Origin: Daphnia carinata
Lineage: Eukaryota
NCBI RefSeq assembly: GCF_022539665.2
Contig: NC_081333.1
Location: 13,082,001 to 13,146,000 of the forward strand
DNA length: 64,000 nt
Direction: 5' to 3'
Positions within the stretch are counted from its first letter, which is position 1; each line of letters opens with the position of its first letter. This document shows, piece after piece, positions 49,656 through 62,949 of the stretch. A model generated the notes under the pieces. That model had not been told where the DNA came from and did no database searches. It saw only the letters and a list, made by a program, of their open reading frames with translations. A program made the position numbers and the translations under genes.

Positions 49656-51979
49656 ATGTCATCGACTGTTGCCGAAAATGTAGATGGCATCCAATTCGAT
49701 CGCAAATATCGTTTGGGTACCGGTGGCTACGGTTCAGTGTTTCGTGGTACGTATAAAGGTCAAAGTGTAGCAGTAAAAAGAATCGATATTAGACCTGAGA
49801 GAGTTCAGATAGTTGACCGTGAGTTAAAAATTCTGCTACAGTTAGACGACCATCCCAATGTAGTAAAACTTTTCTACTTCACAAGGGATAAAGACTTCAA
49901 GTAAGATTATTACATGATAACTTTGAATTAAAAAGAGAATTTCCATATTATTTCTGTGATTTAGTTACTTTGTTTTGGAATTGTGCGACGCATCATTGGA
50001 TCAGGTGTTCCTAAATGAGGACGATCCTCGGAAATATAAAGGACCTGCATTACCAAATAATTTCGAGGTTTTCTTCCAGTTAGCCACTGGTCTCGAGTAC
50101 ATTCATTCACAGCAACTAATCCACCGGGACATTAAACCGGAAAACATTCTCATTTTTGTGAAACATACAGACTTGACAGCTGAAAAGATAACGATCAAGT
50201 GGGCTGATTTTGGATTTTCACGGGAAGTGAGTGAATGGGGAACATTCATAATGAGTGGAGTCAAAGGGACTCTAATTTGGTTTTCCCCCGAAGAGATGGA
50301 AATTAGCAGCAGAGACGTACACACTGAAAAAATTAAAGGCCCCACCAAAAGCGACGTATACGCAGAAGGCCTTGTCTTCGGCTATATTCTCTTGAAAGGA
50401 AGACATATCTACGGTGAAAATAAGGACGATATTGCGAGGAACATCAAGGACAGCAATCCAGTCAGTATGAGTGGTAAGTTAGCTCTTGAGGCAGATCATA
50501 TAACATAAGCATATTAATTAAATGTTTAAAATTTAAAATATAATAGAAATTCATCACAAGCATTTAGCCCGTAACTTAATAGAACAAATGCTGATCAAGA
50601 CACCTGGCGAAAGAATTACATCCAAACAAGTTGTTGATCAACTTCAATCCATAAAAATCAAAGTAAAGAAATTCCACAGTTTAAAAACGACTTCATCAAT
50701 GAAATTCGGGTTATAACAAAAGTTTTTCATTTAGCTTACGGAAGGAGAAAAAAATCTGCATCGGTTGTGTGCAGATCAATGTCCAACACCAGACTATAGC
50801 ATATTACCACAATGGATATTCAGATATCCAAGAGATATAAGGAATGATATCAAATCTTTAATGCAACTCGGAATCGACATAAACGCAAAGAACGACGATG
50901 GATGGAATGCGCTTCATCTTTTGTGTTCTAACAATTCAAGCCAACACTTAACCGATGCGATTGAGCTCTTGATTGAACTCGGCATCGACAAAAACACAAA
51001 AAACGACAATGGGTCGAATGCGCTTCATCTTTTGTGTCGAAACAATTCAAGCCCACACTTAATCGATGCGATTAAACTCTTGATCGAACTCGGCTTCGAC
51101 AAAAAGGCAAAGGACAAAAATGGGTCGAATGCGCTTCATCTTTTATGTGGATTCAATTCAAGCCAACACTTAATCGATGCGATTAAACTCTTGATCGAAC
51201 TCGGCATCGACAAAAACGTAAAAACCAACGATGGATGGAATGCGCTTCATCTTTTATGTCGATTCAGTTCAAGCCCACACTTAATCGATGCGATTAAACT
51301 CTTGATCGAACTCGGCATTGACAAAAACGCAAAGGACAACGATGGAGGGAATGCGCTTCATTATTTGTGTTGTAACAATTCAAGCCCACAATTAATCGAT
51401 GCGATTAAACTCTTGATCGAACTCGGTATCGACAAGGACGCAAAAACCAACACTGGATCAAATGCGCTTCATCTTTTGTGTCGAAACAATTCAAGTCCAC
51501 ACTTAATCAATGCAATCAAACTCTTGATCGAACTGGGCATCGATAAAAACGCAAAAACCAACGGTGGATGCAATGCGCTTCATCTTTTGTGTTATAACAA
51601 TTCAAGCCCACATTTAATCGATGCAATCAAACTCTTGATCGAACTCGGCTTCGACAAAAAGGCAAAGGACAAAAATCGGTCGAATGCGCTTCATCTTTTA
51701 TGTGGATTCAATTCAAGCCCACACTTAATCGATGCGATTAAACTCTTGATCGAACTCGGCATCGACAAAAACGCAAAGGACAACAATGGGTCGAATGCGC
51801 TTCATTATTTGTGTCGATTCAATTCAAGCCAACACTTAATCGATGCGATTAAACTCTTGATTGAACTCGGCATCGACAAAAACGCAAAGACCTACTTTAG
51901 ATGGAATGCACTCGACTTGTGTCGGCGTAATAAAAATCTTGCAAATTGTAACGTAGACGAAATCTTTAAAACCGTATGA
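49656..51979 (+). CDS. IRE1-like kinase + ankyrin array (KA3; N-cap, 9 units, C-cap)
   Basis: Exons 49656-49900, 49965-50473, 50547-50662, 50735-51979. Motifs [25 protein letters not shown]. Confidence 0.9.
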
Positions 51980-53832
51980 AGTGAATTTTCAAAAATGTTA
52001 AGGCTGTTCGGAAGACGAACATACTAACATAACTTCAAACAAAATTCCCCGGTACGTTGCAACAAATGTGATTCTCGGAAAAATACAGGCAACTACATGA
52101 ATTGTTCAATGGCAAAGGGTATTTATTTCTAATTGAAATGCGACGCATTTATGTTAAATAAATTAACATTCGAAAAAAAATAAGGTACTGGTCAATGGGC
52201 TCATTAAGTACGACGCATCACATTTGCTGGACCTGATTAACACGAGCCTTCTAACACAAATGATTAGAAGAGTGTGCGAAAACGTAACGAAAACCAATTG
52301 ATCCCTTTCTTTTAGTAATCACGTCCTTGATAAGGAAGCAACTAGTTCTTCCGGTCCAAGAAAACATATTAGACGCGTAAAATTACCGAGGAAGGCAAAC
52401 TTTACAGGGTAGATAAGCGTCAAGCTTCATTAACAAACACATAGCCATAATTCTAATTTGCCAGTCAAATAAGGTCTTTCAAAGGAAACCGACTCATCTT
52501 CGATTTTAAACTAATTACAAGATACAGAGTACAACGAAAGAGGAAAGCGCTCCACATTTAAAACCGATCGAGCGGAAGCTTGAGCTGTGCGATCGCCATG
52601 TTCATAGTGAATGGATGTGAAATGAACTTAAAAAAACTCATACCATATTTTTAACAAATTTAACAAGACTAAAATTAATTACTGTTGCGCGTTGGCATCA
52701 ACTTAAGGTGAAAGTGTAAATACATAAAATCTGAATTCCATAACGAATCGTTTCACTCGCCCACCTCATTGAAAACCACGGAATATGCACGTTACCATTT
52801 GAGTATCCTAATTTCATTTCTCTTGAAATATCAACCAAAGCAAAGCGCTGCAAACGTCAAGTGAGTATTAACTGGTAAATGCAGTGGGTTATAGAGTGGT
52901 GAAAAGGACACTATGGATGATAGCTCTTTGCTTTGTCACGATTGAATAAACCTTCACTTAAAATATTTGTTTGCAAAATTCCGAGGAAAACGCACACCAA
53001 TGAAAAAAGGGAATTCAATCCTCCATACAATCTAACGGGCGCGTCCAGCTCTAAAGCTTTATAAAAAATAAAACCCGAAAACGAAAACTAACCTGGAAAT
53101 GCAACACATAGTCATCGAAAGACAGCAATCTGCTGGACATGACACACACTTTTAGACTCTCCGCTTTAGGTTTTGACCGTTGGCCGGTTTCAAAACCACA
53201 TTTGCCAGTTTCATCACGACGACGCGCTTCATTCGCAACAAACTGAGCAAAAAAGAAACAAATAAAAAAATCATCATTTAGGAAAAAAGTACGGCATTGT
53301 AAACATTTAGCTCAATACTATAGACTAACAAATGATTGCAGGTGATTCATTAGTTCTAAGACATTCCCCATTGCACCAAATACATGTTGTAAGCAATATT
53401 GATCCAAAATGTCCAAGTTTCTTATGACGGCCATGAATCGAAAAGTATTGAAATTGACAATCGTGCAAGCCTAGTCAAATAATCCAAACTCTGCCTTAGA
53501 TACAACTGTATTTACGACAGAAATGTAACATTTTGACTACGTGTCAGTAGACTAGTATTGTCTAAACAAATTTACTTCATTGATTGCATGACAAATATTC
53601 TAACCTGCTTTTATGTCCTGCAAAGAAAAGGTGGCAACGCTCTCACATACTAACGAAGAAGCAAAAGGAAAAGGTGCAGGTTCATGGAACTAAACTTACC
53701 ATTGCACATTGCGACACTCCACCAGACCAGAGACTTAAAGCAGAAGGCACTGATCCCTACTATGGGCTCAGTAGACATACTCCGTCTTTCCGGTGGTGGC
53801 GCGCGGAACTTATACCCGCCGTTTGTTGCGGG

Positions 53833-54309
53833 CATGGCCTACTATAACAAACGGCCAGCAAGCCCGCAATACCCCCTGCGCCTAAAACTAAATTGCCAGA
53901 GGGGTCTAATACCCCAAACTGAGCTCCACTTTCCACTGTTTGGTAACCAAGAAAGAATTGAAATGAGTGGGAAAAACAATGGAAAGTGGAACCTAGCGCC
54001 GCGCGTAGTCAGTTTACTTTAGGAAAGGAGAAAAAAGAAAGATTTAGGCTGGATTCGAACTCGGATCTCCCGTATTGCAATCGAGAGTTCTATCCATTAA
54101 ACCATTGTACTAATAGTTAAACCGCTACCGGGGCAGTAGTAGCTCTCCTCCTGTGTCATTCAGTGGCAAAAGTCGAGGAAATCGGAATGGGTGGAATGAA
54201 GCTGCGGCAAGTGGAGTTCGATTTGGGGTATTAAGCCCCTCTGGCAATTTTAGTTTTAGGCGCAGGGGGGTATTGCGGGCTTGCTGGCCGTTTGTTATAG
54301 TAGGCCATG
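53833..54309. mobile_element. Non-autonomous DNA transposon (MITE), 477 bp, ~95-bp TIRs, 8-bp TSD; P-element or hAT class
   Basis: TIR CATGGCCTACTATAACAAACGGCCAGCAAGCCCGCAATACCCCC... inverted at the right end. TSD gttgcggg at 53825-53832 and 54310-54317. Empty sites in paralogous flanks at ~45128 and ~59936. Confidence 0.95.
54044..54112 (-). pseudogene. tRNA-derived sequence (A box, B box, GCA anticodon-like loop) inside the MITE
   Basis: Minus strand reads aaTGGTTTAATGGatagaactctcgattGCAatacgggagatccgaGTTCGAATCCagcc, followed by a T6 run (A-run at 54031-54036). Stems pair poorly. Confidence 0.6.
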
Positions 54310-55039
54310 GTTGCGGGGGAGGGATACTTTACAAGGACACTGTAAGGTCTCATTAGTAGGAATTTGGAAAATTCAAAAAGACAAAGATGATAAATAATAG
54401 ACGAAAGGAAAACATGGGTTATAGAGAACTCTGCTCGATTAGAAAAGGAAACAGGCAATTTATTGTTAAAGATAACAAAACTTACCAGGTTCATTGAACC
54501 ATCGTTGAGCTGTTGTTCCATAGGCGGGAGAACTCGTGTCACATTGCCTTGTGTCCCTGAGCAAGCCAGCATGGTTTTACTTCCCGTACCTCTAGCGCTA
54601 ATGGTGAGAAGGCGGGTGTGTTATAAACATGTGCAGTAAAACGCAAATACTATGTAATTTCATTTTCTTTATCCGATATCATAAATTTTTCCTGTCTAGT
54701 AATACACATATTTTAAACAAAACATTTCTAAAATAAAATTTTTTTAACATTTGGAATAATGCATTCCAAAACGAAAATAGGCTTCCAACGATTGTATCGA
54801 TTCTTACACGATCAATCAGCGAAATCGGTACGGTACACGTGCCCGAAGAAAAGTAGGAGGAATGGTTTTCTCTCAGTGTGTGCAACGAGATGACTGTGAC
54901 AATTCGTTCAATATTTAGTAAGGTCCTACATCAGGTACAGAAATTCGCTCCCTAAAAGGTTATTATTATTGCAATTATTATAAATACTGGTATTGATGGG
55001 TGTTTGATTATTTAATTTCTATGCATTTCACATTTTGGC

Positions 55040-55140
55040 AAACGTGTAGATACGGACGTGGAACCAGTGAAGGGCGAAAGTTGAATGAGCCTCGAAATGG
55101 AGGAAAAGATGAAGAACATGATGGCGACGCAAGCATTGAA
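55040..55140 (+). pseudogene. EcKL last-exon remnant
   Basis: gatacggacgtggaaccagtgaagggcgaaagttgaatgagcctcgaaatggaggaaaagatgaagaacatgatggcgac matches 62572-62660, with GGA changed to TGA. Confidence 0.85.
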
Positions 55141-55940
55141 AACTTGTCCATTACGTATCCAAAAAACTATGTCCGGCTTACTCTCAGAATGATAAGGTAT
55201 GCAACGAATCATAGCATGAGTGAGCTAAATTCAACAGTACATGTTTGACCTACAAGTTTTTGATTGCATTTTGTTTGGCAGGTATACGTGCCGAATACAA
55301 AACATTAACTCGTTAGCCTTAAGGATGCCCGACTTAACTAGACTAAGTGCGATAACGTATAGTAGATCTCTTGTACAAAAATTTCTATTCTAAGTCGTGC
55401 GTTTTGATAAAAAGCCTTTTTGCGATAAGCCGAAAGTAATCATTTATCATCATCAAACTGCTTTCGCATCAGGAGGGAAAGCTTCAGGAAAGATAACGAG
55501 AAAATATTCGATAAGGTATACGTGTCGAAAGCAAACAGTGCAGAACGCAATTATTAAAGCGCTATGATAAATCGTTTTACACCCAGAAAACCTTAAAAGA
55601 AACGATTAGAAAGACACTATGAGCAAATTATTAATTTGATGCAAAATCATTTGATAAGTCAGTTGCAAAAATCCCCTAAAAATGATGTGAAGTGATTGTA
55701 AGGAGCAAATGGAAAAGCCTTACTGACATTTCACACGTATCAACAGGTAGACGACGCGATAACAAATCATTATCTGCATTGGACTCGTAGGTTATATTCT
55801 ATGCTTTACAGATAAACTGATTGATAAATTCAAAGCAATTTCGGGTTGCAAGTGCGGTTTGCCTAGTGTTCAACGGTATTTTAGAAAAGCAACTTGCACA
55901 AGTTCTTCTCTTGCTAGTCTCGGGTGCAATTAAACCTGAA

Positions 55941-58476
55941 ATGTCATCGACTACTCCCGATACTGTAGGTGATATCCAATTCTATCGCAAAGAGGAATTG
56001 GGTAGCGGTGGCTTCGGTTCAGTTTATCGTGGTACATATAAAGGTCGAAGTGTAGCAGTCAAAAAAATTTGGATTAGACATGGAAGATTGCAGGAAGTTG
56101 AACGTGAGTTAAATAATCTGCGGCAGTTAGACAACCATCCCAATGTAGTAAAACTTTTCTACTTCACAAGGGATAAAGACTTCAAGTAAGATTATTACGT
56201 GATAACTTTGATTTTAAAAGAGAATTTCCCTATGATTTCTGCGATTCAGTTACTTTGCTTTGGAATTGTGCGACGCGTCCTTGGATAAGGTGTTTCTAAA
56301 TGAGAACGATCCTCGGAAATATAAAGGACCTGCATTACCAAATAATTTCGAGATTTTCTCCCAATTAGCCACTGGTCTCCAATACATTCATTCGAAGCAA
56401 CTAATCCATCGGGACATTAAACCGGAAAACATTCTCATTTCAGTGAAACATACTGACAAAGGTAAAAACATAAAGATCAAGTGGGCTGACTTTGGATTGT
56501 CACGAGAAGTGAGTGAAAGGGGAACATTCATAATGAGTGCAGTCAGAGGGACTCTACTTTGGTTCTCTCCCGAAGAGTTGGAAAATATAGGCAGAGACCT
56601 ACGCAATGAGAAAACTAAAGGCTTCTACACAAGCGACGTTTACGCATTAGGCCTCGTCTTTGGTTATATTCTCCTAAAAGGAAGACATATCTACGGTGAA
56701 AATCAATGTGCTATTGCTGCGAACATAAAGCAGAACAATCCAGTCAATATGAGTGGTAAGTGACCTCTTCAGGTAGATCATACAACATAAGCATATTAAT
56801 TAAACATTAAACTTAAAAAAATAGAAATTCACAATAAGCATTTCGCCCGTAACTTAATTGAACAAATGCTGATCAAGAAACCTGATGAAAGAATTACATC
56901 CGAAAAAGTTGTTATTCAACTTCAAACCATAAAAATCAAAGTAATCACACAAGTTTAGTACCTTCTTCGTCAATGAAATTTGGGTTCTCTAACAAATGTT
57001 TTCCATTTAGCTTACCGAAGAAGAAGAAAAACTGCTTCGGTTGTGTGCACAACCTCGAACACCAGATAATAACATATTACCTTGGCCATTCGCAAATTCA
57101 AAACGAATTAGGAATGACATCAAATTTTTAATGCAATTTGGCATCGACATAAACGCAAAGGACAACAATGGAAGTAATGCGCTTCATCTTTTGTGTAGAT
57201 ATAATTCAAGCCAACACTTAATCGATGAGATTAAACTCTTGATCGAACTCGGCATCGACAAAAACGCAAAGGACAACAATGGATGGAATGCGCTTCATCT
57301 GTTATGTCTATTCAGTTCAAGCCCACACTTAATCGATGCGATTAAACTCTTGATCGAACTCGGCATCGACAAGGACGCAAAGATCAACGCTGGATGGAAT
57401 GCGCTTCATCTTTGTGTTATAACAATTCAAGCCCACACTTAATCGATGCGATTAAACTCTTGATCGAACTCGGCATCGACAAAAAACCAAAGGACAACAA
57501 TGGATGGAATGCGCTTCATTATTTGTGTCGATTCAATTCAAGCCCACATTTAATCGATACGATTAAACTCTTGATCGAACTCGGCATCGGCAAAAACCCA
57601 AAGGACAACGATGGATGGAATGCGCTTTATCTTTTCTGTAGATATAATTCAAGGCAAGACTTAATCGATGAGCTCTTGATCGAACTCGGCATCGACAAAA
57701 ACGCAAAGGACAACAATGGGTCGAATGCGCTTCATCAGTTATGTCTATTGAGTTCAAGCCCACACTTAATCGATGCGATTAAATTCTTGATCGAACTCGG
57801 CATCGACAAAAACCCAAAGGACAACAATGGATGGAATGCGCTTCATTATTTGTGTCGATTCAATTCAAGCCCACATTTAATCGATGCGATTAAACTCTTG
57901 ATCGAACTCGGCATCGACAAAAACCCAAAGGACAACAATGGATGGAATGCGCTTCATTATTTGTGTCGATTCAATTCAAGCCCACACTTAATCAATGCGA
58001 TTAAACTCTTGATCGAACTCGGCATCGACAAGGACGCAAAGGACAACAATGGGTCGAATGCGCTTCATCTGTTATGTCGATTCAATTCAAGCCAACACTT
58101 AATCGATGCGATTAAACTCTTGATCGAACTCGGCATCGACAAAAACGCAATAACTAAGGCTGGATCAAATGCGCTTCATCTTTTGTGTCGATACAGTTCA
58201 AGCCCACACTTAATCGATGCGATTAAACTTTTGAACGAACTCGGCATCGACAAAAACGCAAAGGACAACAATGGGTCGAATGCGTTTCATCTTTTGTGTC
58301 TATACAATTCAAGCCCACACATAATTGATGCTATTAAACTCTTGATCAAACTCGGCATTTACAAGGACGCAAAGGATAACGGTGGATCAGATGCACTCGA
58401 TTTGAGCCGGCGCAATCCAAATCTTACAAAGTGCAACGTAGACGAAATCCTTAAACCGGATGAGGTGCAATTATAA
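55941..58476 (+). CDS. IRE1-like kinase + ankyrin array (KA4; N-cap, 11 units, C-cap); one 1-nt frameshift in unit 3
   Basis: Exons 55941-56185, 56250-56755, 56825-56940, 57011-58476. T3 instead of T4 at 57411-57413 joins ORFs 57041..57442 and 57394..58476. Confidence 0.85.
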
Positions 58477-60700
58477 CGATATTAAAGCTTTTCGCAAGAT
58501 AAACAGGCAAAAAAAGGCTGCGTTGCAACAGACTAGACTCTCGGCAAAATACGGTTTATAATAGTTAGAATAGACAGTGCGACGCACCACGTCAGCTGGA
58601 GTATGCAGAAAACGAACCTTGTAACACAAGTGAATAAAAGAGTTTGAGGAAACGTAACGAAAACTTCCGTAACTTGTCTGCGAAAAAACAATCTACGATT
58701 TCTGGGCCAACTGCAAAACGAACGACCACACATCCACTAACACAACTCTGCTATCGTTGGAAAACTCACTTTAGGAGAAACATGAGGCATCAGTCGAGTA
58801 ATTGTGTGCTAACTATACGGGAATAAAGGGCGACCCAGTTCTACATCAACAGCACAAAGTCAAACGGTATGCAATGGCGGCATCCTGAAATCGACTCAAC
58901 TTTGTTGTTAATCCATTTACTTAATTTACTTTCACCTAAAATATTTTTTTGCCAAATTCCGAGGAAAACGCACACCAATCAAAAAAGGTAATTCGATCCT
59001 CCATACAATCTAACGTGCGCGCACATCTCTTAAGTTTTGTAAAATGTAAAACCCGAATACAAAAACTAACCTGGAAATGCACCACGTGATCTTCATCGAA
59101 AGTAGGTAATCTGCTGGACACTACACACATTTGATATTTAGACGCTTTCCGCTTTACACCCGGAGTTTTGATGATTGCAGCGTGGTCACCAATGAGCTGA
59201 CTTGTGGTCCATCGTAAATTGACGTGTAAAACATTCCACCACTGATGGACAATCAGCTTTTGCTATGACGATGTTTCCAGGGTTTAAACCGTTAGCCAGT
59301 TTCAAAACCAAGTTTGCCAGTTCCATCACCAGGGCTCGCTGCATTCATCAACAAACTAAGCAAAAAAGAAACAATTGAAAAAAAATCATCATTTAGTGAA
59401 AGATAACGGCACTGTAAACACTTAGCTCATTATAAGAGGTTAACAAATTATTTGCAGATGACTGTTTATTTCTAAAACATTCCCCATTGCAACAGGCATG
59501 TGTTGCAAGCAATATTGATCCAAAATGTCCAAGTTTCTTACGACGGCCATGAATCGAAAAATATTGAAATTGACCATTGTGGAAGCCTAGTTGAATGATC
59601 CACGCTGAGCCTTAGATGCAACTGTATTTACCACAGAAATGTAACATTTTGCTTTCGTGTCAATGGAATTTTCTGAACAAGTTTACGTCATTGATTGTAT
59701 GACAAATGTTCTTACCTACTTTTAAGTTCTGCAAAGAAAAGGTGGCAACGCTCTCACATACTGGCGAAGAAGCAAAATGAAAAGGTTCAGGTTCATGGGA
59801 CACAAATTCACTACTACACATTGTGGCACTCCACCAGACCAGAGACTAAAGTGAAAATCACCGATGCCTACTTTAGGCCCGGTAGACATGCTCCGTCTTT
59901 CCGATGGTGGCGCGCGGAACTTATACCCGCCGTTTGTTGCGGGGGAGGGTGGGAGAGAAACTTTACAAGGACACTGTAAGGTCTCATTTAGCAAGAATTT
60001 GAAAAATTCAAAAACACGAAGATGATAAATAATAGACGAAGGGAAAAGATGGGTTACAGAGAACTCCACTCGATTTGAAAAGGGAACAGGCAATTTATTG
60101 TTAAAGATAACAAAACTTACCAGGTTCATTGAACCATCGTTGAGCTATTGTTCCATAGGCGGGAGAACTCCTGTCTCATTGCCTTTTGTCCCTGAGCAAG
60201 CCAGCATGGTTTTATTTCCCGTACCTCTAGCGCTAACGGTGAGAAGGCGGGTGTGTTATAAACATGTGAAGGGAAACGCAAATATTCCTTCCATTTTCTT
60301 TATCCGATATTATAAATTTTTCCTGTCTAGTAGCACACATACTTTAAACGAAACATTTCTAAAATTAAATTTTTTAAACATTTAATAGAATAGAATAATA
60401 GAATAATGCATTCCAAAACGAAAATAGTCTTCCAATGATTATATCGATTCTTACTCGATCAATCACCAATATCGGTACGGTACACGTGCCCGACGAAAAG
60501 TAGGAGGAATGGTTTGACTGTGACAATTCGTTAAACTCCCGCCATCCCCCACCCCCAAAAGGAAAACTAAATTAAATTAAACATCATGTAGTATTTGTTT
60601 GTATTTCGAATTTCCTTCTGCACATGCTGCCTCGGTGTCCCAGTGATGATCTGAAATCAGTTGAGTCCTAGCATTCGGACAGATAAGAACAGGATGTCCG
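58477..60700 (+). repeat. Shared kinase-ankyrin 3' flank (copy 5)
   Basis: Near-identical to 43680-45900. Confidence 0.88.
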
Positions 60701-61034
60701 TGTAAAGTAGGTCAATCACGGACATTGTAGCTTGGTTCGAGAGGTGACATTTTTGCTTGTAGTTGGTGTTCTTTTTCATTCACGTTCAGTTCAGTGCCAA
60801 CTCCTCTGGACACCAGACATCGAAGGCGCTTACAATTCACTTTATTTACTTACCTAAGTATAAAGTGTCAAGCGAACTTTTAGTTTCATCGCCCATTTTC
60901 AACTGACAAAAAGGTTCATTTTTCTTGTAAGACATTTGATGTTGGTCGGTGTACAATTTTTTCATTAAATATCACCAAACTATACATGTTCATGTTACAC
61001 AATGCAGAAAGTACAGCATAACCTAGCCTCTAAA

Positions 61035-62733
61035 ATGAGTGAAGAAATCAAGACCCTGAGTGATAAACAACTTTTTTGGAAAACCCTTTTTGAAACCAGA
61101 AAATTGGCTGCCCAGCTGAGCTCCATGGTGACGAGTCACGTTAATGGCGTCACCTACGATGACTTGCCCCAGTATGGAAACGTACACGTCGTGGCTCAAT
61201 CTGGCTCAAATTTAGGTGACAATTTCCAGAGCGACACGTTCATTGTGACTGCACGGCTGTTGCAAGGCCAACACTTGAGTACTTTCATCAAGGTATTGAT
61301 TTCCCTATGCACTTGCCATTTCGAAAGTTCACGTTTTGGTTTCAACAGGTACTGCCATCGAATTCCTTTCTGCGTCAAGCTGTGGACGAGTCTCGTGTCC
61401 ATCAACGCGAAATCAACTTGTACCAACATTTTTTCGCTCTCCTGCGAGAGATGCATGCCGACCAACCGATTCCATTGGACATCCCAGATTGTTACTACAC
61501 CCATCTGGAGGAAGTTGTCAAGGGCGAGACGGACGGATCGAGTACTAGCATCGTACTTGAAGACTTGAAAACAGAGAATTATCGCATGGTAGATATTACA
61601 GGAGGACTTGATTATCGTCATTGCCACATGGCTCTGACATCGCTAGCTCATTATCACGCCCAAACGCTAAATGCATTGAGAACTTGGAAAGACTTGTCCA
61701 CAGGAGAGTTATCCAAGGTGCCACCTGCAGCAAAATTTCTTTTTGATGAAATGTCCATGTTTGACATGGGTATCACCCATGCCCTTCAGAATTTTGCCAC
61801 CACTGTCGTCGATTTTGCCAAACCAGTTAACCGACCTGATGTAAGTATAGCTATTTGTTTAGATATTTTTAGTATTTGACTGTGCTTAGCCATTTTGTTT
61901 TACAGCTCCATTGTTGTTCAATCATTACCAGTTAGTCGAATGGTTGACGGATCTTCAGCAACGGCTACCGGAGATCATGTTAGTCGACAATTTGGAGACC
62001 AGTGGTCCATTGGCTTGCATTCTTCACGGAGAACAACAACATGCTGTTCAAATACGCAGAGCAGACGGATCGCCCCGAAGATAGGACAACGAACGAAACT
62101 GCATCCGCAAACATTCCTGTTTCGTTGAAAATGCTCGACTTTCAGCAATCGAGGATAGGCCACCCACTCAGCGACGTCCTTTACTTCATGTACACGAGCA
62201 TAACGCCAGAATAGAGGGAGCAACACATGCTCGTTTTGCTTCGTCATTATTTCGATACGTTGACGACTGATTTGCTATTTCTCGGCGTTTCATTGGACAA
62301 CTACACGTGGGAAAATTTTATGGAAGACTACAAAAATAAGGTCCTTGATGTGGATGTTTGCTGGTGTATTGATGATTACCATGACCCAAAACAAGCAAGC
62401 CGCTTCCACTTTACAAGACATGGCTGAAGCAGAACAAAAGAAAGATCCAACATCAGGTACAAGAAAATCGTTCCTTAAAATATGATTACTATTGTAATTA
62501 TGATAACAATTGGTATTGGTGGCTGTTTGATTATTATATTTCTATACAGTTCATATTTTGGCCAACGTGGAGATACGGACGTGGAACCGGTGAAGGGCGA
62601 AAGTGGATTGAGCCTCGAAATGGAGGAAAAGATGAAGAACATGATGGCGACTCAGGCATTGCGTGCTAGTTCGGCTTTGTCGGACCGAATCCTTAAACTG
62701 ATCATGGAAGTGAAGGCCTTAAATGATTCATAA
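61035..62733 (+). pseudogene. EcKL pseudogene 4
   Basis: Paralog of 46452-48139. An 8-nt deletion at ~62031 removes the catalytic Asp of HGDFW; in-frame TAG at 62212-62214; +1 frameshift near 62335. Confidence 0.88.
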
Positions 62734-62949
62734 AATGCAGCAGCAGTAATCAATGCATCCTGTTTTAAACAGGAGGTTGATTACATTCATTTAATTTATT
62801 GCCCAGTTGCTAGAACGCTTCCATACTTGTTTATGTGGAACTGCACCGGCCAACGAGTTCAAAGTGTAACACCAGATCGTCAAGGACAAGATGATATCGA
62901 TTCCCTCTCGCCACACAAACACACCTACATGCAAAACACATTAATCACC

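Larger units (their letters stand above)
51980..54900 (+). repeat. Shared kinase-ankyrin 3' flank (copy 4), interrupted by a MITE
   Basis: Inverted homolog of 32665-34709 and 21530-23470; distal part matches 44500-45720. Confidence 0.85.
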
